Source of the DNA: Obrimoposthia wandeli
Lineage: Eukaryota
DNA: 64,000 bases
Reading direction: 5' to 3'
Assembly (NCBI GenBank): GCA_977020255.1
Contig: CDROCS010001295.1
Coordinates: 62,001 to 126,000 of the forward strand
Shown: piece after piece, positions 19,190 to 29,949 of the stretch
Numbering within the stretch: the first letter of the stretch is position 1
How the letters are laid out: every line of letters starts with the position of its first letter
Translations under genes and position numbers: made by a program
Notes under the pieces: generated by a model
What the model saw: the letters and a program-made list of their open reading frames with translations, nothing else
What the model was told of the DNA's origin: nothing
Database searches by the model: none

Positions 19190-21802
19190 CTAAAACAGTT
19201 TTTGCAAGCTTTCTAATTGCGCCGCCAACACCGCTGGTAGTGCATCTATATCAGTACCACCACCTTGGGCCATATCAGGACGCCCACCACCTTTACCGCC
19301 TAACTGCACAGATAATTCTTTAATAATATCGCCAGCCTTGACCTGACTTGTTAGCGCTTTACTAACACCGGCAACTAAGCTGATTTTTGAATCGTTAACT
19401 GCAGCCAAAACAACCACTGCATTGCCTAGTTTGTCTCTTAGTTTTTCAACGGTATCTCGCAAAGATTTAGCATCTAAACCGTCTAAACACTCAACCAATA
19501 CCTTAACACCATTAATATCTAGTGCATTATTAGCCAGTTGTGCACCTTTAGCTGCAGATATTTCGCTTTGTAACTGTTCAACTTGTTTTTCAAGCTGGCG
19601 GTTTTTCTCAGTGAGACCTTTAACTTTATCCAGGACCATATCTTTAGGGCCTTTCACAAGCGAGGCTATTTGCAACAACTGTGATTCAATATTGATCACT
19701 AAATCTAAAGCACCATTGCCAGTTACTGCTTCAATTCGCCTAACACCTGCAGCAATACCGCCTTCAGAGCGGATTTTTAGCAAAGCTATATCGCCAGTAC
19801 GCTTTACATGAGTGCCGCCACATAATTCTATCGAAAAAGTATCATTACCCATGCTAACCACACGCACGTTTTCTGCATACTTTTCTCCAAACAATGCTTG
19901 GGCGCCAAGTGCTTTAGCTTCTGCTATCGGCATTTCACGTGTTACGACTTCGCCGTTAGCCATTATTTGCTGATTGACTAAGGCTTCTACTTGGCTTATT
20001 TGTGCAGCAGTCAATGCTTCAAAGTGTGAGAAATCGAAACGCAGTTTATCAGGGTCGACCAATGAGCCTTTTTGTTGCACATGATCACCCACGATTCTGC
20101 GTAAAGCTTCGTGTAGTAAATGCGTCGCACTGTGATTTAGTGTGGTAGCACTTCGCGATTGCTCATCAGCTTGTGTAATTAGCTGCTCACCCACTGAAAT
20201 TTCACCATTGAGCAATTGACCGTGATGCAAGTGCATATCCGCTTGTTTGGTGCAATCTTCAACCATAAACTTAGCATTAGCTGCACTTAATACGCCTTGA
20301 TCTCCAACTTGCCCGCCAGACTCGCCATATAGGGACGTACTATCAAGAATAACAGTACCTGCTTCGCCTTGTTGAATTTTATCAACCTGCTCACCGTCGA
20401 CTATAATTGCAATGACTTTGCCTTCGCCTTTTAGGCTTTTGTAGCCGCAAAATTCAGTACTGCCATTAATGTCTAGCTTATCTTCGCCAGTCGCTTTGAA
20501 CTTTCCAGCGGCTCTTGCTCTGTTACGCTGAGCATTCATCTCTTCTTCAAACTTATCCATGTCAATCGTCAAGCCATGCTCTCTAACCACATCAGCAGTT
20601 AAATCGACTGGAAAACCATATGTGTCGTATAGCATGAACGCAGAACCAGCGGGAAACTCTTTTGATCCCTCTTCATTATTTGAGATCATAGAGTTTAGTT
20701 GCTTAATCCCTAAATCAAGCGTTTTAATAAACTGCTCTTCTTCTTTAAGGATAACTTTCTCTATTTGCCCTTGCAGCTTAATTAGCTCTGGATAGGCTTC
20801 GCCCATTTCAACGCCAAGCGCTGCAACTAAACGATAAAAGAAAGGTTCACTTGCCCCAAGTTTATTACCGTGACGAATCGCTCTTCGCAATATTCTGCGC
20901 AACACATAACCGCGCCCTTCATTAGAAGGCAAGACACCGTCTGAAATCAAAAACGAACAAGAGCGAATATGATCAGCGACTACGCGCAACGATTTAGCCT
21001 GCGTATCGCTGGTACCTATAATTTTCGCTGCAGCTTGCAATAAGTTTTGGAAAATATCTATTTCGTAGTTGCTATGCACGCCTTGCATAATAGCCGCTAT
21101 ACGCTCTAGGCCTAACCCTGTATCAATTGATGGGTTTGGTAACCTTGTTTGCTCACCACTCGCATCGCGATTGAATTCCATGAACACTAAGTTCCATATC
21201 TCTATGTATCGATCGCCATCTTCATCTGCACTGCCAGGTGGACCACCCCATACGTCGTCACCGTGATCGAAAAAGATTTCCGTGCTGGTACCACAAGGGC
21301 CGGTATCACCCATTGACCAAAAGTTATCTTCCCCTAAGCGAGAGAAGCGACTCATATCAATACCCATTTCATCACGCCATAAAGCTTCCGCGTCTTTATC
21401 TGTATGATGCACAGTGACCCAGAGTTTCTCTTCTGGTAAGCAGAGTACTTGTGTCAGAAATTTCCAGGCGAATTGAATAGCTTCACGTTTAAAATAGTCC
21501 CCAAAGCTAAAGTTACCCAGCATCTCAAAAAACGTATGATGCCTTGCCGTGTAACCAACATTTTCTAAATCATTGTGCTTGCCACCTGCTCTAACGCAAC
21601 GCTGCGCACTGGTAGCTCTTTTGTAAGGGCGCTTATCTTCACCGGTAAATACATCTTTAAACTGCACCATACCAGCATTTGTAAACAATAAAGTTGGATC
21701 ATTACCTGGCACAAGCGAACTAGAAGGAACTACTTCGTGGCCTTGATCTTGATAGAATTTAAGGAAAGCTTGACGTATCTGTGCACTGCTCATGTATTTC
21801 AT
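19190..21802 (-). CDS. alaS: Alanine--tRNA ligase
   Basis: [15 protein letters not shown]; [18 protein letters not shown]; ELCGGTH; [14 protein letters not shown]. Confidence 0.99.
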   Translation of the reverse strand: MKYMSSAQIRQAFLKFYQDQGHEVVPSSSLVPGNDPTLLFTNAGMVQFKDVFTGEDKRPYKRATSAQRCVRAGGKHNDLENVGYTARHHTFFEMLGNFSFGDYFKREAIQFAWKFLTQVLCLPEEKLWVTVHHTDKDAEALWRDEMGIDMSRFSRLGEDNFWSMGDTGPCGTSTEIFFDHGDDVWGGPPGSADEDGDRYIEIWNLVFMEFNRDASGEQTRLPNPSIDTGLGLERIAAIMQGVHSNYEIDIFQNLLQAAAKIIGTSDTQAKSLRVVADHIRSCSFLISDGVLPSNEGRGYVLRRILRRAIRHGNKLGASEPFFYRLVAALGVEMGEAYPELIKLQGQIEKVILKEEEQFIKTLDLGIKQLNSMISNNEEGSKEFPAGSAFMLYDTYGFPVDLTADVVREHGLTIDMDKFEEEMNAQRNRARAAGKFKATGEDKLDINGSTEFCGYKSLKGEGKVIAIIVDGEQVDKIQQGEAGTVILDSTSLYGESGGQVGDQGVLSAANAKFMVEDCTKQADMHLHHGQLLNGEISVGEQLITQADEQSRSATTLNHSATHLLHEALRRIVGDHVQQKGSLVDPDKLRFDFSHFEALTAAQISQVEALVNQQIMANGEVVTREMPIAEAKALGAQALFGEKYAENVRVVSMGNDTFSIELCGGTHVKRTGDIALLKIRSEGGIAAGVRRIEAVTGNGALDLVINIESQLLQIASLVKGPKDMVLDKVKGLTEKNRQLEKQVEQLQSEISAAKGAQLANNALDINGVKVLVECLDGLDAKSLRDTVEKLRDKLGNAVVVLAAVNDSKISLVAGVSKALTSQVKAGDIIKELSVQLGGKGGGRPDMAQGGGTDIDALPAVLAAQLESLQKLF

Positions 21803-21879
21803 AACAACGACTTTAATTATCCATTAACTTATATAGCGAACACATATAGCGCTAATTACCGTCATTAAAAAAGGCAATA

Positions 21880-22345
21880 CCAGCAAGTTATTCTATATGC
21901 AAAAAAATAGCGGGTTATTATATATCGCGGTTATTAATTGTTCGAACTATTTATTGACAATATAACAATTTGCAATATTTTTTTTGTATTATAGAGCAAT
22001 AAATTTCAAGTATATTATTGATATGTAATAAAATTTTAGAATATAGCTGGCAATTAGTTATTTTGGTGAATTTAGCAACAGTTGTTTGAAATATAGCTAA
22101 GAGTAGCAAATAGAAAGCCTGTGTTAATAATAATCAGGTATATTTTGCTCTATAGCAAAATATACTTGGTCAATAGCAAGGCCTCTTGCTGTCATTACAC
22201 TCATCTATTACTTTAATCAGTAATTCAAGTATAGAGCAACGTTTTATAAATTTTGAAGAAATTCGAATTTGGAGTGTTCACGATTTGCAAGCAGTCAAAT
22301 AACTGCTTGCATCACGTCAACTTTTGCAATGTATTGAACATCTTA
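21880..22345 (-). pseudogene. recX: Decayed recX
   Basis: Manual translation of the minus strand gives ...VMQAVI*LLANREHSKFEFLQNL* (RecX LLARREHS..EL..KL motif), then ELLIKVIDEC in another frame and a faint RYFL.YR near the end. Multiple stops and frameshifts; canonical recA-recX-alaS position. Boundaries approximate. Confidence 0.75.
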
Positions 22346-22401
22346 TCTGTAATTAGATAAACGCTGTAGAGTTCAATTATTAAAATGCGTTAAAGCAGCT
22401 A

Positions 22402-23463
22402 TCAATCTTCTTTTGTTTCTTTAGCAGCTTTAGCGGCTTTTTTATCGTCTTTCTTCTCTGCTTTTTTATCGTCTGGTAGTGCCAATAACTGTTCACGTAC
22501 AGCCGCTTCAATTGCATTAGCATCTTCTGGATGATCTGTTAAGTACTGAGCAGCATTCGCCTTACCTTGACCTATTTTACTACCGTTATACGCATACCAA
22601 GCTCCAGCTTTCTCCACCAGACCTTGTTTAACACCCATATCAATGAGTTCACCCATGCGGTAAATACCTTTACCGAACAGAATTTGAAACTCTGCCTGCT
22701 TGAAAGGCGCGGCTACTTTGTTTTTAACCACTTTAACTCTGGTTTCGTTGCCAATAATTTCATCACCTTGCTTGATCGCGCCAATACGGCGAATATCTAA
22801 ACGCACTGATGCATAGAACTTTAGCGCGTTACCCCCGGTAGTTGTTTCGGGTGAGCCAAACATAACACCAATTTTCATTCTGATTTGGTTGATGAAAATC
22901 AACAAACAGTTGGCTGTTTTAACAGTACCCGTTAACTTACGTAGTGCCTGAGACATTAAACGCGCTTGAAGGCCCATATGTGATGCACCCATTTCGCCTT
23001 CAATCTCGGCTTTAGGCGTCAACGCCGCTACTGAATCAATAATTACAACATCAATAGTGTTTGAGCGTACTAGCATGTCGCATATTTCTAATGCTTGTTC
23101 GCCTGTATCTGGCTGCGACACCAGTAAGTCATCAACATTTACACCAAGTTTTTCAGCGTAACCAGGATCTAACGCATGTTCCGCATCAATAAATGCGCAG
23201 CTTTTACCCGCTTTTTGAGCCTCGGCAATTACTTGTAAAGTCAACGTTGTTTTACCTGATGATTCTGGGCCGTATATCTCTACGATACGCCCGTAAGGCA
23301 AGCCACCTATACCTAAAGCAACATCTAATCCTAGTGAACCTGTGGATACAGATGGAATAGCCTCACGCGGCTGATCTCCCATGCGCATTACTGCACCTTT
23401 ACCAAACTGACGTTCGATTTGAGATAGCGCAGCATCTAAAGCTTTTTTTCTATTCTCGTCCAT
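22402..23463 (-). CDS. recA: Recombinase RecA
   Basis: [23 protein letters not shown]; GPESSGKTT; [19 protein letters not shown]. Start set at ATG 23463 after the AGGTGGA RBS. Confidence 0.99.
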   Translation of the reverse strand: MDENRKKALDAALSQIERQFGKGAVMRMGDQPREAIPSVSTGSLGLDVALGIGGLPYGRIVEIYGPESSGKTTLTLQVIAEAQKAGKSCAFIDAEHALDPGYAEKLGVNVDDLLVSQPDTGEQALEICDMLVRSNTIDVVIIDSVAALTPKAEIEGEMGASHMGLQARLMSQALRKLTGTVKTANCLLIFINQIRMKIGVMFGSPETTTGGNALKFYASVRLDIRRIGAIKQGDEIIGNETRVKVVKNKVAAPFKQAEFQILFGKGIYRMGELIDMGVKQGLVEKAGAWYAYNGSKIGQGKANAAQYLTDHPEDANAIEAAVREQLLALPDDKKAEKKDDKKAAKAAKETKED

Positions 23464-23511
23464 TGTTTCCACCTAGGCTATGTTAGCAATTTATAATATG
23501 TGTTCAAAACA

Positions 23512-23527
23512 CTGTATGAATACACAG
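23512..23527. promoter_or_regulatory. LexA (SOS) box upstream of recA
   Basis: CTGTATGAATACACAG = CTGT-N8-ACAG, about 50 nt upstream of recA. Confidence 0.9.
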
Positions 23528-23793
23528 CATTATCCGTGGAAATATTTTAAAAGCAAGCTTAAATCTAGTTTGAATCAATTTTATTAAATAATTAAGCAGA
23601 TATTACAATCCCTAGCAAGTGAACTAATCATGCTCAATACTATTATTCAATTCAGCATTGATAGATATATTATTGTACCACTTGCACAGATGCTAATTTA
23701 TTAGTGGATCTATGCTAGATGAAAGAATAAGGATAACAACTTCTCTATCCAAGCAACGTTTACAACCAAATAATCGCAAAGGTTTTATCCGGC

Positions 23794-24201
23794 TTATTCC
23801 ACTTCAATTATTTCATAGCTATGAGAAACTTCAACACCAGCAGCTTTCAACATGATAGATGCAGAACAGTATTCATCAGCAGATAAGCGCACTGCCCTTT
23901 CCACTTGTTTCTCTTTAATTGAACGCCCTGTAACGGTAAATTTAATATGTATCTTAGTAAACACGGAAGGCACCGCATCAGCGCGTTCAGCGGTTACTTG
24001 AGCACTACAATCGACAACATCTTGACGCGACTTTTGTAAAATACCCAGTACATCATAACTCGAGCACCCAGCGACACCCAATAACATCATCTCTAGTGGT
24101 CTAGCACCTTGTTTCTGCTCACCATCAATCATTACTTCAAAGCCTGAACCCGTGGTTCCTTTGAAACGAACATCGCCATCCCAATTAGTGGTTACTTGCA
24201 T
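23794..24201 (-). CDS. OsmC/YhfA family protein
   Basis: RPLEMMLLGVAGCSSYDV...LSADEYCSASIML, the two-Cys OsmC fold. Confidence 0.9.
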   Translation of the reverse strand: MQVTTNWDGDVRFKGTTGSGFEVMIDGEQKQGARPLEMMLLGVAGCSSYDVLGILQKSRQDVVDCSAQVTAERADAVPSVFTKIHIKFTVTGRSIKEKQVERAVRLSADEYCSASIMLKAAGVEVSHSYEIIEVE

Positions 24202-24228
24202 TTACGACACCTTTATATTCAAATAATT

Positions 24229-24256
24229 ACTTAAAACTTAAAACTTAAAACTCAAA
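24229..24256. repeat. 7-bp tandem repeat (ACTTAAA x3 + ACTCAAA)
   Basis: Seen directly in the 80-bp gap between trpC and the OsmC gene. Confidence 0.8.
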
Positions 24257-24281
24257 AATTAATTTTAAACACTGCTAACTA

Positions 24282-25094
24282 TTAGCTAAAAAACAACTCT
24301 CGCAATTTGCTACCAGGATCATCAGCACGCATAAACGCTTCGCCTACCAAAAATCCATGCACATCTTTAGCCCGCATGGCTGCAACATCATCTTGGGTGT
24401 GAATAGCACTTTCAGTGATCACTATTTTGTCTTTAGGGATAAATTTTAATAGATCAAAAGTATTGGCGAGATCCACTTCAAAGGTATGTAAGTTTCTGTT
24501 ATTAATACCTAGTAGTTGATTATCAAGACTAAGCGCTTGCTCTAATTCATCACCGCCATGCACTTCTATCAATACATCCATACCTAGGCGTAAAGCTAAG
24601 TTATTTAGCTCTTTCATTTGTCGCTCTTCTAAACAAGATACGATCAAAAGAATACAATCTGCCCCTATCGCTCGCGCTTCAAACACTTGATACGGATCGA
24701 TAATAAAATCTTTACGAATGATCGGCAAATCACATGCGGCACGTGCTTCAACTAAATAGCGCTCATGGCCTTCAAAAAAATCAGCATCGGTTAAAACAGA
24801 CATACAACTCGCGCCGCCCATTTGGTAAGATTTTGCTATTTGCGCTGGATCAAAAGGATCTCGCAACAATCCTTTAGAGGGGCTACGCTTTTTTGCTTCA
24901 GCAATAATAGCAGGGCGCCCCTGCAAGATGCTTTGCTGCATTGCTCTGGCAAAACCCCTAGGAGCTTGATCACTATCCAACGCTAAAGCAATATTCTTCT
25001 CTAAATCCGCAATACTTTTATGCGAAGAGCGCTCGGCCACTTCTTCAATTTTACGGGCTACTATTTTTTTTAATACTGTGGGGATATCAGACAT
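24282..25094 (-). CDS. trpC: Indole-3-glycerol phosphate synthase
   Basis: [13 protein letters not shown]; [11 protein letters not shown]; GINNRNL; ITESAI; [10 protein letters not shown]. Probable start ATG 25094 (MSDIPTVL). Confidence 0.97.
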   Translation of the reverse strand: MSDIPTVLKKIVARKIEEVAERSSHKSIADLEKNIALALDSDQAPRGFARAMQQSILQGRPAIIAEAKKRSPSKGLLRDPFDPAQIAKSYQMGGASCMSVLTDADFFEGHERYLVEARAACDLPIIRKDFIIDPYQVFEARAIGADCILLIVSCLEERQMKELNNLALRLGMDVLIEVHGGDELEQALSLDNQLLGINNRNLHTFEVDLANTFDLLKFIPKDKIVITESAIHTQDDVAAMRAKDVHGFLVGEAFMRADDPGSKLRELFFS

Positions 25095-25163
25095 ATTATC
25101 TCTATTTAATCTTATTCGTATCGGCTTGATCGTATCAAGCATGTTGATCAATATAGCAGATGC

Positions 25164-26186
25164 TTACTGCGTAAAAGACTGACTATAGCTGACCAATTGC
25201 TGCAATTTCTGTGCGGCTTTACCTTCATTGATCGCCGCTTTTGCCATCAATACGCCTGCTTTAATATCTTCCGCTAAATCAGCGGCATACAATGCAGCAC
25301 CGGCATTCAAAGCAATCATATCTGCCGCTTTTTTATCTTGGCCATTAAAAGCTGCGTTTATCATGGTTAAACTTTCAGCTGAGCTAAACACTCTTAAACC
25401 GTTTAGGCTTTGTGGATTAATTCCACCATCTGCCGCGGTTATCTTATATTCACTGATTTCATTATCTTTCAGCTCCGCGACGAATGTTTCGCCATTCAAG
25501 CTTATTTCATCTAAACCATCACTCGCACTCACTACTAGCACATGCTTTGCACCTAGTTCTTGCATCACTTGCGCTATAGGCAAACAGTATGATTTATCAA
25601 ACACACCTAACAAATAATGTTTAGCACCTGATGGGTTAGTTAACGGGCCTAGTAAATTAAAAATAGTACGCAAACCCATTTCTTTACGGGGTGTAATAGC
25701 GTGACGCATAGCGCGATGATACTGTGGTGCGAACATAAAGCCAACGCCCACCTCATCAATGCAACTAGCCACTTGCCGTGGGTTCAACGCCAAATTAACC
25801 CCCACTTCTTCTAATAAATCAGCTGCACCTGTTGTCGAAGATACCGATCTATTACCGTGCTTGGCAACACAGCCTCCCGCTGCTGCAACCACAATTGCAC
25901 AAGCAGTTGATACATTGAATAGGTTGGCGCTATCTCCACCAGTACCTACAATATCAACCGCAGACTGATGCTTAATATTAACAGGCACGGCAAGTTCACG
26001 CATTACTCTGGCAGCAGCAGCGATTTCTTTAACCGATTCCCCTTTCATTCGCAGCCCCATCAAGAAAGCACCCATTTGCGCCTCTGTCGCTTGGCCGGTC
26101 ATGATTTGCATCATCACTTTTTGCATTTCTGCTGTGGTTAAATCTCGGTTTTCTGCGACTACCGCTAACGCTTCTTTTATATCCAT
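25164..26186 (-). CDS. trpD: Anthranilate phosphoribosyltransferase
   Basis: DIVGTGGD; KHGNRSVSS; RTIFNLLGPLTNP; DGLDEIS. Probable start ATG 26186 (MDIKEAL). Confidence 0.97.
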   Translation of the reverse strand: MDIKEALAVVAENRDLTTAEMQKVMMQIMTGQATEAQMGAFLMGLRMKGESVKEIAAAARVMRELAVPVNIKHQSAVDIVGTGGDSANLFNVSTACAIVVAAAGGCVAKHGNRSVSSTTGAADLLEEVGVNLALNPRQVASCIDEVGVGFMFAPQYHRAMRHAITPRKEMGLRTIFNLLGPLTNPSGAKHYLLGVFDKSYCLPIAQVMQELGAKHVLVVSASDGLDEISLNGETFVAELKDNEISEYKITAADGGINPQSLNGLRVFSSAESLTMINAAFNGQDKKAADMIALNAGAALYAADLAEDIKAGVLMAKAAINEGKAAQKLQQLVSYSQSFTQ

Positions 26187-26294
26187 TTTAATGTATTCAT
26201 CCACTTTAAGGTGAGGATTCATGACACACTTAGGCTCTATACCAGAACTTATGTGTAAAATCACAGTGCTTTGTTGTTATCTTACAAATGTCAT

Positions 26295-26879
26295 TTATAA
26301 ATAAGGCTTCACAAAGTTCTCTAAAAGTTCATGCCCTTGGGCCGTTAAGATTGATTCTGGGTGAAATTGCACCCCTTCAATATTTAATTTTTTATGGCGA
26401 AACCCCATAATTTCATCAATGGATCCATCAGCATTTTCCGTCCATGCTGTTATCTCTAAACAGCTTGGCAAACTGTCTATATCAACCACTAGTGAGTGAT
26501 AACGGGTGACTTGTAATGGGTTTTGCAAACCTGAAAAAACGCCTAGCGAATTGTGTTTTATCCAACTAGTTTTCCCATGCATCACGCGCTTCGCTCGAAT
26601 CACCTTACCGCCAAAAGCCATTGCAATACTTTGATGGCCCAAGCATACACCTAATATCGGTATTTTTGTTGCATACTCTATAATTGTTGGAACACTAATC
26701 CCCGCTTCGGTTGGCGTACAAGGTCCTGGTGATATCACGATTAACTTGGGCGCTAATTGTGCAATTTGCGCTAAACTAATTTCATTATTACGCTTAACAC
26801 AAACCTTTGCGCCTAACTCCGACAAGTATTGGGTTAAGTTATACGTAAATGAATCAAAATTATCTATCATCAATAACAT
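26295..26879 (-). CDS. trpG: Anthranilate synthase component II (glutamine amidotransferase)
   Basis: [12 protein letters not shown]; ISPGPCTP; GVCLGHQ; [10 protein letters not shown]. Confidence 0.96.
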   Translation of the reverse strand: MLLMIDNFDSFTYNLTQYLSELGAKVCVKRNNEISLAQIAQLAPKLIVISPGPCTPTEAGISVPTIIEYATKIPILGVCLGHQSIAMAFGGKVIRAKRVMHGKTSWIKHNSLGVFSGLQNPLQVTRYHSLVVDIDSLPSCLEITAWTENADGSIDEIMGFRHKKLNIEGVQFHPESILTAQGHELLENFVKPYL

Positions 26880-27866
26880 TAAACTTTTATCTCTTTGTTT
26901 TAAAGCTGTTTTTTATGACTTTCATTCCTTACTCTGTTTGTTGCCCGCTTATATTCAATACTAAACGTAGTACTCATAATTAATATGGAAAGCTTACCAT
27001 TTCTTTTCTATTTTGTTTATTTTTTTACAGTCTCTGTGCAATCTAAACACGGCCTAACTAAATGAATGATTTTCGCTTTATCATCGATAAATTAATTAAT
27101 TATCTATATTCCAACTGATTTCTTTAATTGATCTGCTTAATACTTAGCGCTTACCCAACACTTTATTTAGCTCTCTATACACTTTATAGGGACAATAACG
27201 ACCCTTCTACTTAAAGCTCGTTGTCTTCATAGACTTTATAAGATGGTATTTTCCTCTTCATAAAAACAGCATAAGACGGCGGCCTGCAAAACTAGCTAAA
27301 GACTAAAATCTAACGCTTTAGCAGGGCATCTCGAAACTAATTTCGCTTTACTTAGTGCTTTTTTATGATATCTTTTTAGGACTGGAGAATTGACAGCACG
27401 CAAATATGCAATCTACTTTCGCATGTGTGCTGATACTATCTTAGAAGTTCATTTATAATTATTCACCCGTTATTTCATGGAAGATATTGGTCGATGTAGG
27501 TTCAGGACCGTAAAAACTGATATACACAGCTCCAGACAAATATATAAATCTGGCTAGTATGAGGCAAAACTATCGAAATATTCGCTGCGATGAACCTTCA
27601 TTACCTTTAGCTGACTGCTTGAGACTGGATCCGTCCAGCAAGGCATTTCGGGGCATATCCAGTTTCAATGGTGCTTAGGTAGCCCACCCGTGCAAAAAAA
27701 TTTTGGATTACTTGCATAACAACTGGGAACTTGCGACGATCAAGAACAACGCTATAAGGTTATGTGAATTAAAAACAGGTGCTCCTTGCCAAAGGATTGG
27801 TTATTATTAGTGGCTAAATAGATAACTAATCAGTGTGTAAAATTTCAGTTTAGAGGGTGATTCCTA

Positions 27867-28406
27867 ATGGATACAGAAAGCGTTCAACGTGAAATGGAAG
27901 ATAGATCACAGAAGTCGAAAAAATCTCGAATTAGGGATAAAGAAGTAGAATTCAAGCAATGGGTAACACTAAAAGTTAATGGTGAGTTGTTTGCTGTAGA
28001 TGCCTTGCAAGTTATCGAAGTACAAAAGTATGGCGATATAACACCCGTACCAAATTCAGAAGAGTTTATTAGCGGCCTTATTAATTTAAGAGGTAAGGTA
28101 ATCACTGTTATAGATACTAGAGTAATGTTTAGCTTACCTCACAGAGAACCCAATGATCAAACAAACATAATTCTGGTTGATTTTAACGAAGATGAAATGG
28201 TTGGCTTTATCGTCGATAGTGTAGATGAGGTGATCAATATTCCTACGGAAGGCATTGAAGCCGCACCGAGAGTATCTAAAGGTAGTGCTAAGAGCGAGTT
28301 CGTAAGTGGCGTCACATATTATAAAAATAATATGATTATTTGCCTAGATATTGGAAAAATAAACGCACACATCACTCCAATTATAAAAAGTGGCGCTGCA
28401 AATTAG
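27867..28406 (+). CDS. cheW: Chemotaxis coupling protein CheW (orphan)
   Basis: ITPVPNSEEFISGLINLRGKVITVIDTR; VGFIVDSVDEV; AGAGGG RBS. Confidence 0.93.
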   Translation: MDTESVQREMEDRSQKSKKSRIRDKEVEFKQWVTLKVNGELFAVDALQVIEVQKYGDITPVPNSEEFISGLINLRGKVITVIDTRVMFSLPHREPNDQTNIILVDFNEDEMVGFIVDSVDEVINIPTEGIEAAPRVSKGSAKSEFVSGVTYYKNNMIICLDIGKINAHITPIIKSGAAN

Positions 28407-29151
28407 AACGCTCCAATATGATTGATCTAATCATTCTATTCGCTTCTGCTTCTCTCTAAGTCGAAAGCAGGTGTATTTAAAGCCCAGAATCTACATCTAT
28501 TAGCTTGCTGGGCTTACACCGCGATGCTTGCCTTTACAAAGCAAGCGCTTACACATAAACCTTAGCGGGATGAGATTAGCGACAGCCAATCAGTGATTTT
28601 TTCTTGTGGCAACATAAGATCTGAGCTTACTTTCATCATTTTTCGCTCTGGTAGGTATCGAACGTGATTACTCGCTTTTCCTTCGAAGCTTATTCACCGC
28701 CTAATTGCAATGAGAAGGTTACTTTTCAATTGCGTCAACATTCTAACCTTCTTCATTCAGAGAAATGAAGCTGGTTAGCCTATCTCATTCTTTCAAGTGC
28801 TATGGTCATAACAGTGTTTAAGCTCTCAAGCTGGAAACAACTAAGTGTAAATTCTTTTCAATAGTTAACGAAACGATTGCATTGTGCCCATTGGTAGTTT
28901 ACTTTACAAACTACCATTGTACTACGTAGCCCTTTTTTTATCAACTTCCAAACCAGCAAACGAATAGCGACTATAGCCGTCAGAAATAGACGCTAACAAT
29001 AGAGCTTATTATGCCGAGTGCAAGATATGGTTGGAGCTAGAATTAAGTACATACAGGGGCTAGCAAAATGAATTAAGCAGGTTTGGCTTACAGATAAATA
29101 TAAAGAATTGAGGACACAAATAAAAAGTGAAGATAGATATATAGAAAAAAA

Positions 29152-29185
29152 AGCCAGCGGCAGAACCTTAAAACTACCACTGGCT
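29152..29185 (-). terminator. Terminator after soxG
   Basis: Minus strand AGCCAGTGGTAG-loop-CTGCCGCTGGCT (12-bp stem with two G-U pairs) followed by a long U-run. Confidence 0.8.
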
Positions 29186-29253
29186 ACAAAGTAAATAAAT
29201 TAAACCATAAATGGATAACACAAACTATGCTACTTAAGTAGCACTAGTATTCT

Positions 29254-29949
29254 TTATTCGCTTTTTGCTTCTTCGCGTATAACCAACTCAAACTCAGCAC
29301 AGGCATCTTGTAGCCATAACCACACATAGTCTGAAAAGCTGCGTCTAACCACTAACTCCCATTCTTGGTCAGCGGTGCGACTAATGATTGCCTGAGTCTT
29401 GGCAAATACTGTCGTCACTACTTTTCCAACGGGAAAATTGCGATCATGCACATCAAAAGGCGCTGATTTTTGAAGCAATTTCTGAACATCACTACCCACT
29501 AAACGCAGAATTGTCTGCCCTCCTGAGGCATTAACAATTGCACAGTGGCCTTGCATCGCGTTAATCAACGCTTGCTCGATTTCAAAAGTACGCTCACCTG
29601 GCACTACCACCAGCCATTCATCCGGTGAAATCCAGCGGATTGATAATCCGTCATTTTCTACCATCTTCAATGGGCCAGGCAAAGCCATACCTAATACTCG
29701 CTCAACACCTTGAGTAAAACTAGTACTCGTCAGTTTACCGCGCAATACTATGTGTCCACGCAGTGTAAGCTCAGTAAGCTCTATTGAGCCCGTTTTACCT
29801 TGCTGTGCTGTAGCGATAGAAATTAAATCAGCATGTGCTAGCGGGCTTTCACCGATAATATCAGTACTTACTGGCCTTTGATCCATTGCGCTAACCGTTT
29901 TTGCATAATCAAATGCAGCATCAATAGCTTGAGTTGTTTGATCAGACAT
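29254..29949 (-). CDS. soxG: Sarcosine oxidase subunit gamma
   Basis: RWISPDEWL; PFDVHDRNFPVGKVVTTVFAK; VRRSFSDYVWLWLQDA; overlaps the soxA end. Confidence 0.93.
   Translation of the reverse strand: MSDQTTQAIDAAFDYAKTVSAMDQRPVSTDIIGESPLAHADLISIATAQQGKTGSIELTELTLRGHIVLRGKLTSTSFTQGVERVLGMALPGPLKMVENDGLSIRWISPDEWLVVVPGERTFEIEQALINAMQGHCAIVNASGGQTILRLVGSDVQKLLQKSAPFDVHDRNFPVGKVVTTVFAKTQAIISRTADQEWELVVRRSFSDYVWLWLQDACAEFELVIREEAKSE

Noticed and set aside
23528-23793. Possible cinA/pncC remnant upstream of recA
   Set aside because: No AESCTGG, GAVS or GIAGP motif found in the minus-strand frames I read.
26880-27400. Possible trpE remnant upstream of trpG
   Set aside because: No PAGTLSGAPK or QAGAGIV motif visible on the minus strand.
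27561-27600. c-di-GMP-I riboswitch-like GGCAAAACTATCGAAA upstream of cheW
   Set aside because: The bases after GAAA do not pair back and the downstream GACGCAAAG element is absent.
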